DNA of 64,000 nt from Macrostomum lignano (Eukaryota): assembly GCA_002269645.1 (NCBI GenBank), contig NIVC01001425.1, positions 227,478 through 291,477 of the forward strand, written 5' to 3'. Shown piece after piece: positions 12,372-23,302 of this stretch (positions are counted from its first letter, which is position 1; the number at the start of each line of letters is the position of its first letter). The notes beneath the pieces are model-generated. The model was not told the origin of the DNA, did no database searches, and saw nothing but the letters and a program-made list of their open reading frames with translations. The translations under genes were made by a program, and so were the position numbers.

Positions 12372-12769
12372 CGGCCACTCTTAGTGATGACCATCTCCGT
12401 GCCAAATCCGTGAAACTGATGCCACAGATCCCTCTCGATCAGTTCAACCTTCGGGTCGTCTTTGAAATCAGTGTCGGCAGGCTGCGACGGTTGCTGGTTC
12501 GACTGAGAAGCCGCCGACGTATGATGCTGGGACGACGGCAGCAGGCCCGGTGGCAGCGGCGGTGGCGGCAGAGGCGGCGGCTGCTGTCCAGCGTGAGTCT
12601 GGCTGGCGAAAGCGGCTGCCAGTGCAGCGGAAAAATTCAAAGCATGAGCAGCGGCGGCAGCCTTGCTGGAGCCAAGATGAAGCTGGTGATGCTGCTGCTG
12701 CTGCTGCTGCTGCTCGTCAGAAGCTGACGAACTTGCAGCAGGCAGAGCGGCGAACGGACTGAATGCCAT
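12372..12769 (-). CDS. TBX2: T-box TBX2/3 exon 1 (MAFSPF...[30 protein letters not shown])
   Basis: The N-terminus MAFSPF resembles TBX2/3 MAYHPF. The start of the T-box, [11 protein letters not shown], is followed by a GT donor at 12371. Confidence 0.93.
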
Positions 12770-13454
12770 TCGAAATTTCTATCGCTAATTGCGAGTAAGT
12801 TCGATTATTTTTCAATTTTCAAAGCAAATTGCGGCAAAGTTTCTGGCATGCCTGTTCTTATCGTTACTTTCAATTTTTGAACCGCGCCGGGGCCCCAGCC
12901 AGTCTCCCAACCCCCCCCCTCCCCCCAGGTGGCGGCAGGGAGGCGTCAACCACTCAGGTTGCTTCTCCTGCGCTCCTCCTCTCCTCCCTCGCGAAACGTG
13001 ACAGGCTGACGCCACCCCCAATGGCATCGCTCGGGGATTCGTCAAGGCAATATGAATCCCTCCCCACCTCAGATGCCCACCAAAGGGATATTAGTTTAGC
13101 CATCTCTTCTCACCATGGATTACTAACATTAAATAAGCGCAGTCTGGAATGAAAACAGCAACAACATTTTTTGATGCATTGGTGGATTCAATAGAGTCTC
13201 GATGTGTAGTTCACAAAGATGGCCCTTTACCTGTGATTTACAATGCCTTGCGTTAGACTTCAGACACTCACTTAGACATGATTCACAATCTCCCAGACAT
13301 TATTCACACTCGATCACGCGTGATTTACACTTTTTTTAGACATGATTCACACTCCTCCAGACATGATTTATATTCTCTCAGGCATGATTCACTCACTTTA
13401 GCATAATTCACACTCCCGTAACGCGTGATTCAAACATGATTCACGCTCGTTCAC

Positions 13455-14192
13455 AAGTCTCACCTGAGCTTCACTCTTCCTTAGGCGTGATTCACAAACC
13501 TCACCTGAGCTTCACTCTTCCTCAGGCGTGATTCACTAGTCTCACCTGAGCTTCACTCTTCCTTAGGCGTGATTCACAAACCTCACCTGAGCTTCACTCT
13601 TCCTTAGGCGTGATTCACAAACCTCACCTGAGCTTCACTCTTCCTTAGGCGTGATTCACAAACCTCACCTGAGCTTCACTCTTCCTCAGGCGTGATTCAC
13701 AAACCTCACCTGAGCTTCACTCTTCCTTAGGCGTGATTCACAAACCTCACCTGAGCTTCATTCTTCCTCAGGCGTGATTCACAAACCTCACCTGAGCTTC
13801 ATTCTTCCTCAGGCGTGATTCACAAACCTCACCTGAGCTTCACTCTTCCTCAGGCGTGATTCACAAACCTCACCTGAGCTTCACTCTTCCTCAGGCGTGA
13901 TTTACAAACCTCACCTGAGCTTCACTCTTCCTCAGGCGTGATTCACAAACCTCACCTGAGCTTCACTCTTCCTTAGGCGTGATTCACAAACCTCACCTGA
14001 GCTTCACTCTTCCTCAGGCGTGATTCACAAACCTCACCTGAGCTTCATTCTTCCTCAGGCGTGATTCACAAACCTCACCTGAGCTTCACTCTTCCTCAGG
14101 CGTGATTCACAAACCTCACCTGAGCTTCACTCTTCCTCAGGTGTGATTCACAAACCTCACCTGAGCTTCACTCTTCCTCAGGCGTGATTCAC
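13455..14192. repeat. 41-bp minisatellite (TCACCTGAGCTTCACTCTTCCTCAGGCGTGATTCACAAACC), about 18 copies, 0.7-1.4 kb upstream of the T-box ATG
   Basis: Tandem units seen directly; diverged ATGATTCAC-containing copies extend to about 13270. Confidence 0.95.
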
Positions 14193-14759
14193 AGCGCCTC
14201 GCCTGACAGTCACAAACCGAGTTATTCCCATCCCACTCTCTCTGCACCTGTGCTTCACACCGCCTTGCCTTCACTTTAACAGCAGTGTGAAAATTCATCA
14301 CACGAGCACAGAAAGCTCTCTTGACCGCTGCACCAGCAATTATGTCTCGACTTCGCTCCATTTTCGAGCCCCTCCGAACCTCCTATGTATCCTCTTCTGC
14401 AATGCTCCATGCTTCATTTCGAGTGCCAAGTCTTTTCTCCCTTCTCTGAAACAGAGATATCGCTTTCCCTCGCGTCCCCCGAGTGATTCGATATCCTTGT
14501 GGAGAACAAAAGACCCCCTTATTCCCGTTCCCGTCAGCTCTGTCGGAGGCGCCTTTTGTCTCTTTTTCTCGGCGAGAAATTCTCTCTTTGGATTGCCTCG
14601 CCTCCGACTCGCGACTTGTCGCTTCGCCTCGCGCCAGACTGATACAATTAAACCAACTGCAAGCGGCGATCGAGTGTCAGGAGGGACATTTGCTTAGTTA
14701 GTTATCTTAATCCATTGGCGAATTGGCATTGATTTTTTCGATTGATCTTTTTGTGAGAA

Positions 14760-16976
14760 TGCCATGGGTGTCACTCTGTGTGCCATGGGTGTCACTCTGT
14801 GTGCCATGGGTGTCACTCTGTGTGCCATGGGTGTCACTCTGTGTGCCATGGGTGTCACTCTGTGTGCCATGGGTGTCACTCTGGGTGCCATGGGTGTCAC
14901 TCTGTGTGCCATGGGTGTCACTCTGTGTGCCATGGGTGTCACTCTGTGTCATGGGTGTCACTCTGTGTGCCATGGGTGTCACTCTGTGTGCCATGGGTGT
15001 CACTCTGTGTGCCATGGGTGTCACTCTGTGTGCCATGGGTGTCACTCTGTGTGCCATGGGTGTCACTCTGTGTGCCATGGGTGTCACTCTGTGTGCCATG
15101 GGTGTCACTCTGTGTCATGGGTGTCACTGTTGCATGGGTGTCACTCTGTGTGCCATGGGTGTCACTCTGTGTGCCATGGGTGTCACTCTGTGTCATGGGT
15201 GTCACTCTGTGTCATGGGTGTCACTTTGTGTGCCATGGGTGTCGTCACTCTGTGTCATGGGTGTCACTCTGTGCCATGAGGTGTCACTCTGTGCCGGCCG
15301 TGTATATCACTCTGTGCCATTTGGTATCACTCTGTCATTTGGTGTGACTCTATGCCATTTGTTGTCACTCTGTGCCATTTGGTATCACTCTGTCATTTGG
15401 TGTGACTCTGTGCCATTTGTTGTCACTCTGTGCCATTTGGTATCACTCTGTGCCATTTGGTGTCACTCTGTGCCATTTGGTGTGACTCTGTGCCATTTGG
15501 TATCACTCTGCCATTTGGTGTGACTCTGTGCCACTTGGTGTGACTCTGTGCCACTTGGTGTGACTCTGTGCCATTTGGTGTCAGTCTGTGCCATTTGGTA
15601 TCACTCTGTGCCATTTGGTGTGACTCTGTGCCATTAGGTGTGACTCTGTGCCATTTGGTATCACTCTGTGCCATTTGGTATCACTCTGTGCCATTTGGTG
15701 TGACTCTGTGCCATTTGGTATCACTCTGTGCCATTTGGTGTGACTCTGTGCCATTTGGTATCACTCTGTGCCATTTGGTGTGACTCTGTGTCATTTGGTG
15801 TGACTCTGTGCCATTTGGTGTCAGTCTGTGCCATTTGGTATCACTCTGTGCCATTTGGTGTGACTCTGTGCCATTAGGTGTGACTCTGTGCCATTTGGTA
15901 TCACTCTGTGCCATTTGATGTGACTCTGTGCCATTTGGTGTGACTCTGTGCCATTTGGTGTGACTCTGTGCCATTTGGTATCACTCTGTGCCATTTAGTG
16001 TGACTCTGTGCCATTTGGTATCACTCTGTGCCATTTGGTGTGACTCTGTGCCATTTGGTGTGACTCTGTGCCATTTGCTATCACTCTTTGCCATTTGGTA
16101 TCACTCTGTGCCATGAGGTGTCACTCTGTGCCATTTGGTGTCAGTCTATACCATTTGGTATCACTCTGTGCCATTTGGTGTGACTCTGTGCCATTTGGTG
16201 TGACTCTGTGCCATTTGTTGTCACTCTGTGCCATTTGGTATCACTCTGTGCCATTTGGTGTCACTCTGTGCCATTTGGTGTGACTCTGTGCCATTTGGTA
16301 TCACTCTGCCATTTGGTGTGACTCTGTGCCACTTGGTGTGACTCTGTGCCATTTGGTGTCAGTCTGTGCCATTTGGTATCACTCTGTGCCATTTGGTGTG
16401 ACTCTGTGCCATTAGGTGTGACTCTGTGCCATTTGGTATCACTCTGTGCCATTTGGTATCACTCTGTGCCATTTGGTGTGACTCTGTGCCATTTGGTATC
16501 ACTCTGTGCCATTTGGTGTGACTCTGTGCCATTTGGTATCACTCTGTGCCATTTGGTGTGACTCTGTGTCATTTGGTGTGACTCTGTGCCATTTGGTGTC
16601 ACTCTGTGCCATTTGGTATCACTCTGTGCCATTTGGTGTGACTCTGTGCCATTAGGTGTGACTCTGTGCCACTTGGTATCACTCTGTGCCATTTGATGTG
16701 ACTCTGTGCCATTTGGTGTGACTCTGTGCCATTTGGTATCACTCTGTGCCATTTAGTGTGACTCTGTGCCATTTGGTATCACTCTGTGCCATTTGGTGTG
16801 ACTCTGTGCCATTTGGTGTGACTCTGTGCCATTTGCTATCACTCTTTGCCATTTGGTATCACTCTGTGCCATGAGGTGTCACTCTGTGCCATTTGGTGTC
16901 AGTCTATGCCATTTGGTATCACTCTGTGCCATTTGGTGTGACTCTGTGCCATTTGGTGTGACTCTGTGCCATTTGG
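14760..16976. repeat. Compound 21-bp (GCCATGGGTGTCACTCTGTGT) then 20-bp (GCCATTTGGTGTGACTCTGT) satellite
   Basis: Tandem units seen directly; includes a 778-bp higher-order duplication. Confidence 0.95.
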
Positions 16977-17504
16977 CATTAATCAATTAATCATTAATCA
17001 CTCATGAGGTGAGTAAAATATAGAACTAAAAATCCAATATCAGCGCTACAAATTAAAGCTGACAAAGGGACGCCGTGTTCCATGCAGAATGAATTGGTAT
17101 GGACATGCAAAAGCAAGTGGCACATTATGCCTTTTTCTATAGCTTGCCCCATAAATGCTTTTCTTTCTATCCATTACTGGTCGACCACATAATGCAAAGG
17201 TTATTAGAAGGGACAGTTGACTTAAACTTGGTGCGCCGGCATTCTTGCGCCTTGCGTAAGAAAGCAAGACTGGCTCTACAGAGCGACTTAAGTGTGCTGT
17301 TACGCAGTCCATTGCAGCGAAAGAATTTACAATGGCTGCCGACAACTATGCCAATGCTATATTATAGCGACCTCCCAGTGCATGCGACCAGATCTGTGTC
17401 GCTTTGAAAGGCCAGTAAATGGTTAAGTGCAGCAGATGATTGCCTATTGGCATTTCGATGCTCAATGAGGATATTATATAGCGTTAGAATATTACGGACG
17501 ATTA

Positions 17505-17842
17505 ATTAGGATATTATTAGGGACGATTAGGATATTATATTAGGGGCGATTAAGATGCTATTAGGGACGATTAGGAATTAGGATACTATTAGGGACGATA
17601 AGACACCATTGGGGACGATTAGGATACTATTAAGGACGATTAGGATACTACTAGGGACGATTAGGATATTATTAGGGACGATTAGGATACTACTAGGGAC
17701 GATTAGGATACTACTAGGGACGATTAGGATACTACTAGGGACGATTAGGATATTATTAGGGACGATTAGGATACTACTAGGGACGATTAGGATATTATTA
17801 GGGACGATGAAGACACCATTAGGGACGATTAGGATATTAGGG
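17505..17842. repeat. 21-bp minisatellite (TTAGGGACGATTAGGATATTA / CTAGGGACGATTAGGATACTA)
   Basis: Tandem units seen directly. Confidence 0.93.
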
Positions 17843-18040
17843 ACAACTAAGTGGGTAATTAGCACATTATGGGAAGACATCAGCTAATTTATAGACACCC
17901 AGGGACATTGAGCAATATAGTCAAAACTAAACAACTCAGAAGCATGACTAATGAGATCTCAGATCAAGCACTTTCCTTGAAATGAATGCAACATGGCGTA
18001 ACAAAAGGTGGACTCGGAACACCGATGGTTAGACACAAAT

Positions 18041-18298
18041 TTTATTTTAATAAGTAGTGATTTATATTAACCGGCAAAAACAGACAATAATAAGCCTGTA
18101 AAATATTTTATAAATTAACAGGTAGCTAAAGGCCTAAACAATATGCTACTCATAGTGTAACCCGCATACATTTCAACGAAACGCTACAGAAAATAAACTA
18201 GCAAATTTAGTCTACTGATAGTAGTAGCCAAGATAGACTTTTAACATATTTTTTGTTTTAACGACAAAAAAAGCAAATTTAACAAAAACCTATTTATT
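18041..18298 (-). terminator. Candidate PHB2 polyadenylation signals (AATAAA on minus at 18298-18293 and 18046-18041)
   Basis: TTTATT on plus strand about 60 and 310 nt beyond the PHB2 stop, in AT-rich sequence. Confidence 0.4.
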
Positions 18299-18358
18299 CC
18301 TCGAGATGGTCAATTAACAAACGTACCGAAGAAATGAAACAATCAATCCATCATTTTT

Positions 18359-18781
18359 TCAACGACGCTTTTTAACGCCGGTTTCTACTCGCTCGTCAAA
18401 CGCCGGATCCTGCAGATTCATCATCAGAGCGCTGCCGTCAAGATAGGCCCGATTCTGCGATTGGGCAAGCGTCCTAGCAATGCCTTGGGCCGCTTTAATC
18501 TTGCGCAACTTCAAATAGCCCGGATTGAGGCTGACAGCTTCGCCAATAAGCCTGGCAGCTTCGGCTTCGCCTTCAGCTTGCACCACCTTCTGCTGGCGCT
18601 CCTGCCTGGCCCGTTCAACGTAGAATTGGGCGCGCTGAGCCTCCTGCTGGGCGATCTGCTTGGCCTCAACAGCGGCCGCGTACACCTGCGAGAATGACAG
18701 ATCCGTGATGGACACGTCGTCCACAATGACGTTAAAATCGCGAGCCCGTTCCATTAAGTTCTTGCGGATTAGCAGCGATAC
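18359..18781 (-). CDS. PHB2: Prohibitin-2 exon 4 ([16 protein letters not shown]...[14 protein letters not shown]...[10 protein letters not shown]...KKRR)
   Basis: Strong resemblance to the recalled PHB2 C-terminal half; acceptor ctaacAG at 18783-18782. The four exons sum to 870 nt = 289 aa + stop. Confidence 0.97.
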   Translation of the reverse strand, partial: VSLLIRKNLMERARDFNVIVDDVSITDLSFSQVYAAAVEAKQIAQQEAQRAQFYVERARQERQQKVVQAEGEAEAARLIGEAVSLNPGYLKLRKIKAAQGIARTLAQSQNRAYLDGSALMMNLQDPAFDERVETGVKKRR

Positions 18782-19101
18782 CTGTTAGTTTGAAACAAGT
18801 TTAGATTAACGATATGTATCGAAAGCAAATATAACAGTAAGTAAAACTATATATTATACACCATATTCAGATAGAATCGTCTACTTTGCAGCAAAGAAGC
18901 TGAGCTTTCCGATTTAAACCAAAACCAGTGTCTGGTAGTTGAAACCAACCATCCAAATCCAGGTAAACCTACCCATAATACTCAGGTAAACCTACCCACA
19001 ATTTCCAGATAAACCCATTTACTATTTGGATAGCCGATAGGAGCCGATTAGAAAATAAAGTAATTAACAGCAAATAATGGAAAATAAACCCATTAACTTA
19101 C

Positions 19102-19366
19102 CTGCGATCGCTGAGTAATCAGCTGACTGGCATTGAATTTGGCCACAACCGCTTTCAGCACTTCGTTAACAATGCTGGGCAGGACGCGTTCGTCATAGTT
19201 CGGGCCCAGTCTGCGGTACAAATTCTGCAGATCAGATGCGTCGGGTCGGCACAGAACTCGCAGTGTGATATTGACAGTCTGCAGGTCTTTGCTGCCAGTT
19301 GGGCTGCTGATCTGGCGCGGCTTCGAGCGGATGTCGTAGATGATGGGCCGATGCAGCCACGGGATG
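19102..19366 (-). CDS. PHB2: Prohibitin-2 exon 3 ([38 protein letters not shown]...[12 protein letters not shown])
   Basis: SPFH/PHB domain motifs; acceptor ccaccAG, donor GTAAGT. Confidence 0.97.
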
Positions 19367-19383
19367 CTGGTGGTGGGAAGAGT

Positions 19384-19938
19384 TGTAGCAACTGAGGATT
19401 TGAGAGGCTGGTCCAGCGACTGAGGATTTGAGAGGCTGGCCCAGCGATTGAGAATTTGAGAGGCTGGCCCAGCGACTGAGGATTTGAGAAGCTGGCCCAG
19501 CGACTGAGCATCTGGGAGGCTGGCCCAGCGATTGAGGATCTGGGAGGCTAGCACAGCGACTGACACTGGAGGGCTGGCCCAGCAACTGAGGATCTGGGAA
19601 GCTGGCCCAGCTACTGAGGATCTGGGAGGCTGGCCTAGCAACTGAGGATCTGGAGGCTGGCTGCCCAGCAACTGAGGATCTGGGAGGCTGGCTGCCCAGC
19701 AACTGAGGATCTGGGAGGCTGGCCCAGCAACTGAGGATCTGGGAGGCTGGCCCAGCAACTGAGGATCTGGGAGGCTGGCCCAGCAACTGAGGATCTGGGA
19801 GGCTGGCCCAGCAACTGAGGATCTGAGAGACTGACCCAGCAACTGAGGATCTGAGAGACTGACCCAGCAACTGAGGATCTGGGGGGGGGGCTGGCCCAGC
19901 AACTGCGGATCTGGGAGGCTGGCCCAGCAACGGAGGAT
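19384..19938. repeat. 28-bp minisatellite (GCTGGCCCAGCAACTGAGGATCTGGGAG) filling PHB2 intron 2
   Basis: Tandem units; a related inverted array lies at 32120-32228. Confidence 0.95.
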
Positions 19939-19972
19939 CATAAGAAGGTACTAATTAAATTAAATGCCTCAC

Positions 19973-20054
19973 CGAAAGTGCAATCCTTCGCGCAGCTGCT
20001 CATCCTTGAGTCCACCAATACGACTGAATAGGATAGCCCGGTGGCCAGTCTCCA
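19973..20054 (-). CDS. PHB2: Prohibitin-2 exon 2 (VETGHRAILFSRIGGLKDEQLREGLHFR)
   Basis: Hand translation; acceptor ttggcAG, donor GTGAGG; phases fit flanking exons. Confidence 0.96.
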
Positions 20055-20773
20055 CTGCCAACAGTAGTGTGGTTGGTGAAGAGAAATTAATTATTGACTA
20101 GACCATCTAGTTGAGATGCCATTTGTGATACCTTTTGGTTTTGCGCTAGGTCTATCTTATTGATTCTGTCTTGCTTATCCACTGTTGAACTGTTAGAATA
20201 TTAGTTAGGCAACCTAGAACAGTTTAGTGAGAAATTCTACCCAGCCATTTCTATTGGACAAAATAGCAATCATGTGACTGCTCTCAGCCAATAGTGACTT
20301 ACATGTGTACATTGCCAATAGAAATGGCTGGGTGATTCCCAAGGTTGCACATGAATGTATTGTACATTGCTATGCATACTGGCCTACTCTTCTATTTTAG
20401 GAGAATAAGTGAGTGGCCTAATGACCATGATTATATACCAAGTACATCAGGGACCCTTGTGTGCATCATGATTATATGCTCTTTGTATTTCTAAAAAAAT
20501 TGTCTATAGCAAAGGCAATCTTTATGACTATAAAGAATATTATTTGTTTATATAATACCAAATTTTTTTACCATAATATAGGTCTATACCTTCTTGAGTA
20601 TGGGGTATTTATACATTGAATTGCTAATCCCTTTGTAGATTTAAGTAGACCTTGATATATTTTCCAAATTTATTTTTATAATATAGGAAATTGAATATCT
20701 TTATATGGATACTTTTGTTATTTTTAATAAAAAATCAAGGATAGGGTTCTTTATTGAACATATAATAGGTAAA

Positions 20774-23134
20774 TGTTGTAAAGTGAGTTTACTCACTGGG
20801 TTGTTTTGCTAGTCGGTGTTTGGGGGTCAAGGGATCCGATGTACATGCGCGCTCTGTTTGTATATGTACATGCGTTCTCGAGTAAATATAAGAATAGCTC
20901 CACCCTTTGGGTGAGGGTTTGAATTTTGTTTGTTGGACTAAACCTGACTGGCTTGTCTCTCGCTCACCACATTTTGGCGTCGCGCGGAGAAATCAATTGA
21001 TTTGGGCCAGCGTGATTCAGCACAAGCGCGAACTCTAAAATCTGCCAAGTCATGAGCAGTACAGAAGGCGCAAATTCAAGTGCGATTGGCGACCCACAGC
21101 GAGGGTCCCAACAAGCAGCAGCCCAACAGTCAAGCAGAGATACAGCCAATAGAATGAGTGTCAACATTTCGCCACCGCAGCCGTTTCTGCCAGCCGCTGG
21201 AGCACCGCTGATTGAATGGAACCGATGGAAAGCAATGTTCAGCAATTACCTGCTAGCATCGGGAGCCATTGATCTGCCAGAGCAAAGAAAACAAGCGTTG
21301 CTCATCCACTGTTTGGGTGCAGAGGGACAAAACATCTACATGTCTCTACAGGCCAGCAGCAATCAGGAGGAAGGAGAGCAACCGCCATCAACAGTTGATG
21401 ACACGCTGAAGCTCCTGGACATGCACTTTGGACCCAAAGTCAACGTAGTTGCTGAGAGGCACAGATTCCGATAGAGAGCTCAGCGACCGGGCAAAAAGAT
21501 CAGCGACTTCGTTGCTGCACTGCGAAACCTGGCTTCAAACTGCGACTTCAAGACCTTCCAGGAGGAGATGCTGCGTGACCAGCTCGTCGAGAAAGTGCTT
21601 AGCAACCACATCAGGGAGCGACTGCTTATGGAGCCGGAGCTGACCTTGGCGACAGCTGTGCAGTTGGCGGAGCGACTGGAAACTGGACTGCTGGAGGCCC
21701 AGGCCATCAAGGGAGGCAGCCACACAGACCCAAACAGCTTGTGTGGAGTCCAGCAGATCAGCAAGGCCAAGAACAGTGGAGCAGCGGCAAGACAGCACGA
21801 GGCACTGAAGCCGACAGCCGACGGCCGGAGCTGCGGCTACTGTGGCTCAGCGGCGCATTTCGGTGGACAGACCTGCCCAGCAAAGGGGCAGAAGTGCAAG
21901 TCCTGCGGTAAGCGTGGGCACTTTGCCAGAGTCTGCAGGAGCGGCAACCGAGTGCGACAGCTTCAGGATGAGTACTCCATCTGCACTGTGTCGACAGCTG
22001 CGGCAGCAAGCAAGCACTGCGAAGTGCTGCTGAACGGGAGGCCTGTCAAGCTGCTTGTTGACTCCGGTTCGCGAGTCTCCATCATCACCAAGACGACGTA
22101 CAATCGACTTCTGTCCAACGTGCCCCTGCAGGCGTCATCACGGAAGCTGGTCACTTTCAACGGCAGCAAGATCGGCGTGCTTGGTGACATCCTGAACTTG
22201 GTGCAGCTCAAGGACAAGGTAGTGCCTTACGTCAACCTTAGCTTGGTCAATACCGGATCTGACATCCTGGGGTGCGACCTCATGGATCAGCTGGGACTGT
22301 GGATCGTCACTGCAGACGGTGAGCGAGTGCAGACAGTCGGCACCAGAGCCCTGCCTGACTGGATCCCAGGCCGGTTCAACCAGTTGACTCAGGGACTCGG
22401 ACACATCAAAGGATTTCAGCACAGGCCGCGAGACAACCCCGCGGTGCAACCGACTGCTCAACCGTTGCGCAGAGTGCCGCTCAGCTTAAGAGATTCGGTT
22501 CAAAAGAAGTTCAAGTGGCTCAAAAGAACCCGACCGCCTCAATTAGGGTGCGGCGACCTGGTGCGAGTGCGATCTCCACGGATGCGAGGCAAGCTGCAGA
22601 GCCACGTGTCACCACCTCTACGGGTCAGCGACATCATCAGCCCGACGATCGTCAGGTTAGAGGACGGCTCAAGGTGGCACACCAGCCTCTGTATGCCTCA
22701 TGCGGAGCCCGAGGGTGCCAGCACGACTTTGGCAATGGCAATGCCGCCACAGCCGCCAGTGGCTGCAGAGCAGGCAGCGCCAAAAGGCCCAACGGACCCG
22801 CCGCCGGCGACCGCTGAGGCCGACGCAGAGCTGCGGCGCAGTACGCGACTGCGGGCACCACCGTTGTGGTACAGCCAGGTCTTGACGCATTGATTGCCAG
22901 CTGTGAAGGGAATTAGTGACTGTTAAGGAGGGTGAATGTTGTAAAGTGAGTTTACTCACTGGGTTGTTTTGCTAGTCGGTGTTTGGGGGTCAAGGGATCC
23001 GATGTATATGCGTGCTCTGTTTGTATATGTACATGCGTTCTCAAGTAAATATAAGAATAGCTCCACCCTTTGGGTGAGGGTTTGAATTTTGTTTGTTGGA
23101 CTAAACCTGACTGGCTTGTCTCTCGCTCACCACA
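20774..23134 (+). mobile_element. Ty3/Gypsy (Mag-like) LTR retroelement, internally deleted non-autonomous derivative, antisense in PHB2 intron 1
   Basis: 198-bp LTRs at 20774-20971 and 22937-23134 (TG...CA, 3 mismatches). GTAAA target-site duplication at 20769-20773 and 23135-23139. PBS-like TGGCGTCGCG at 20975. Polypurine tract AAGGAGGGTGAA at 22925-22936. gag-pro ORF inside. Confidence 0.95.
21052..22893 (+). pseudogene. Retroelement gag-protease-(RT N-terminal stub/integrase C-terminal tail) fusion ORF, interrupted by one in-frame TAG at 21472-21474
   Basis: ORFs 21052..21474 and 21568..22893 share a frame and read ERHRFR*RAQRPG. Two CCHC knuckles at 21832-21936. Aspartic protease LVDSG with D at 22060. 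PLRRVPLSLRDSV (RT lead-in) is joined directly to GDLVRVR...RWHTS...RRSTRLRAPP (integrase tail). Confidence 0.9.
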
Positions 23135-23302
23135 GTAAACATGGTATACAATTAGAAAGCATAAGATGTTATTAATATGCAAACCAAAGTTTCCTTGTTG
23201 TATATTCTAGCATATACTCAAACATGATGCATAGTATGGCTATTAATTAATATGAGAAAGTCTAATAATGCAAAAAATCATAATAAAATTATTATCTAGA
23301 AC

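Noticed and set aside
13455-14192. CRISPR-like array (palindromic 41-bp repeats); the same was considered for the 57-bp, 33-bp and 25-bp arrays
   Set aside because: Units are head-to-tail with no unique spacers, there are no cas genes, and the context is a spliced eukaryotic locus.
17046-17407. Unique-sequence ORFs of about 100 aa on both strands between the satellites; likewise 50159..50383
   Set aside because: No recognisable domain or convincing splice context; lengths are compatible with chance.
19093-19941. 282-aa ORF running from PHB2 intron 2 through the 28-bp array into exon 3
   Set aside because: Exon 2 provides the conserved PHB2 sequence with good splice sites. Retention of the intron hits TGA immediately after the donor, and the repeat-derived N-terminus has no support.
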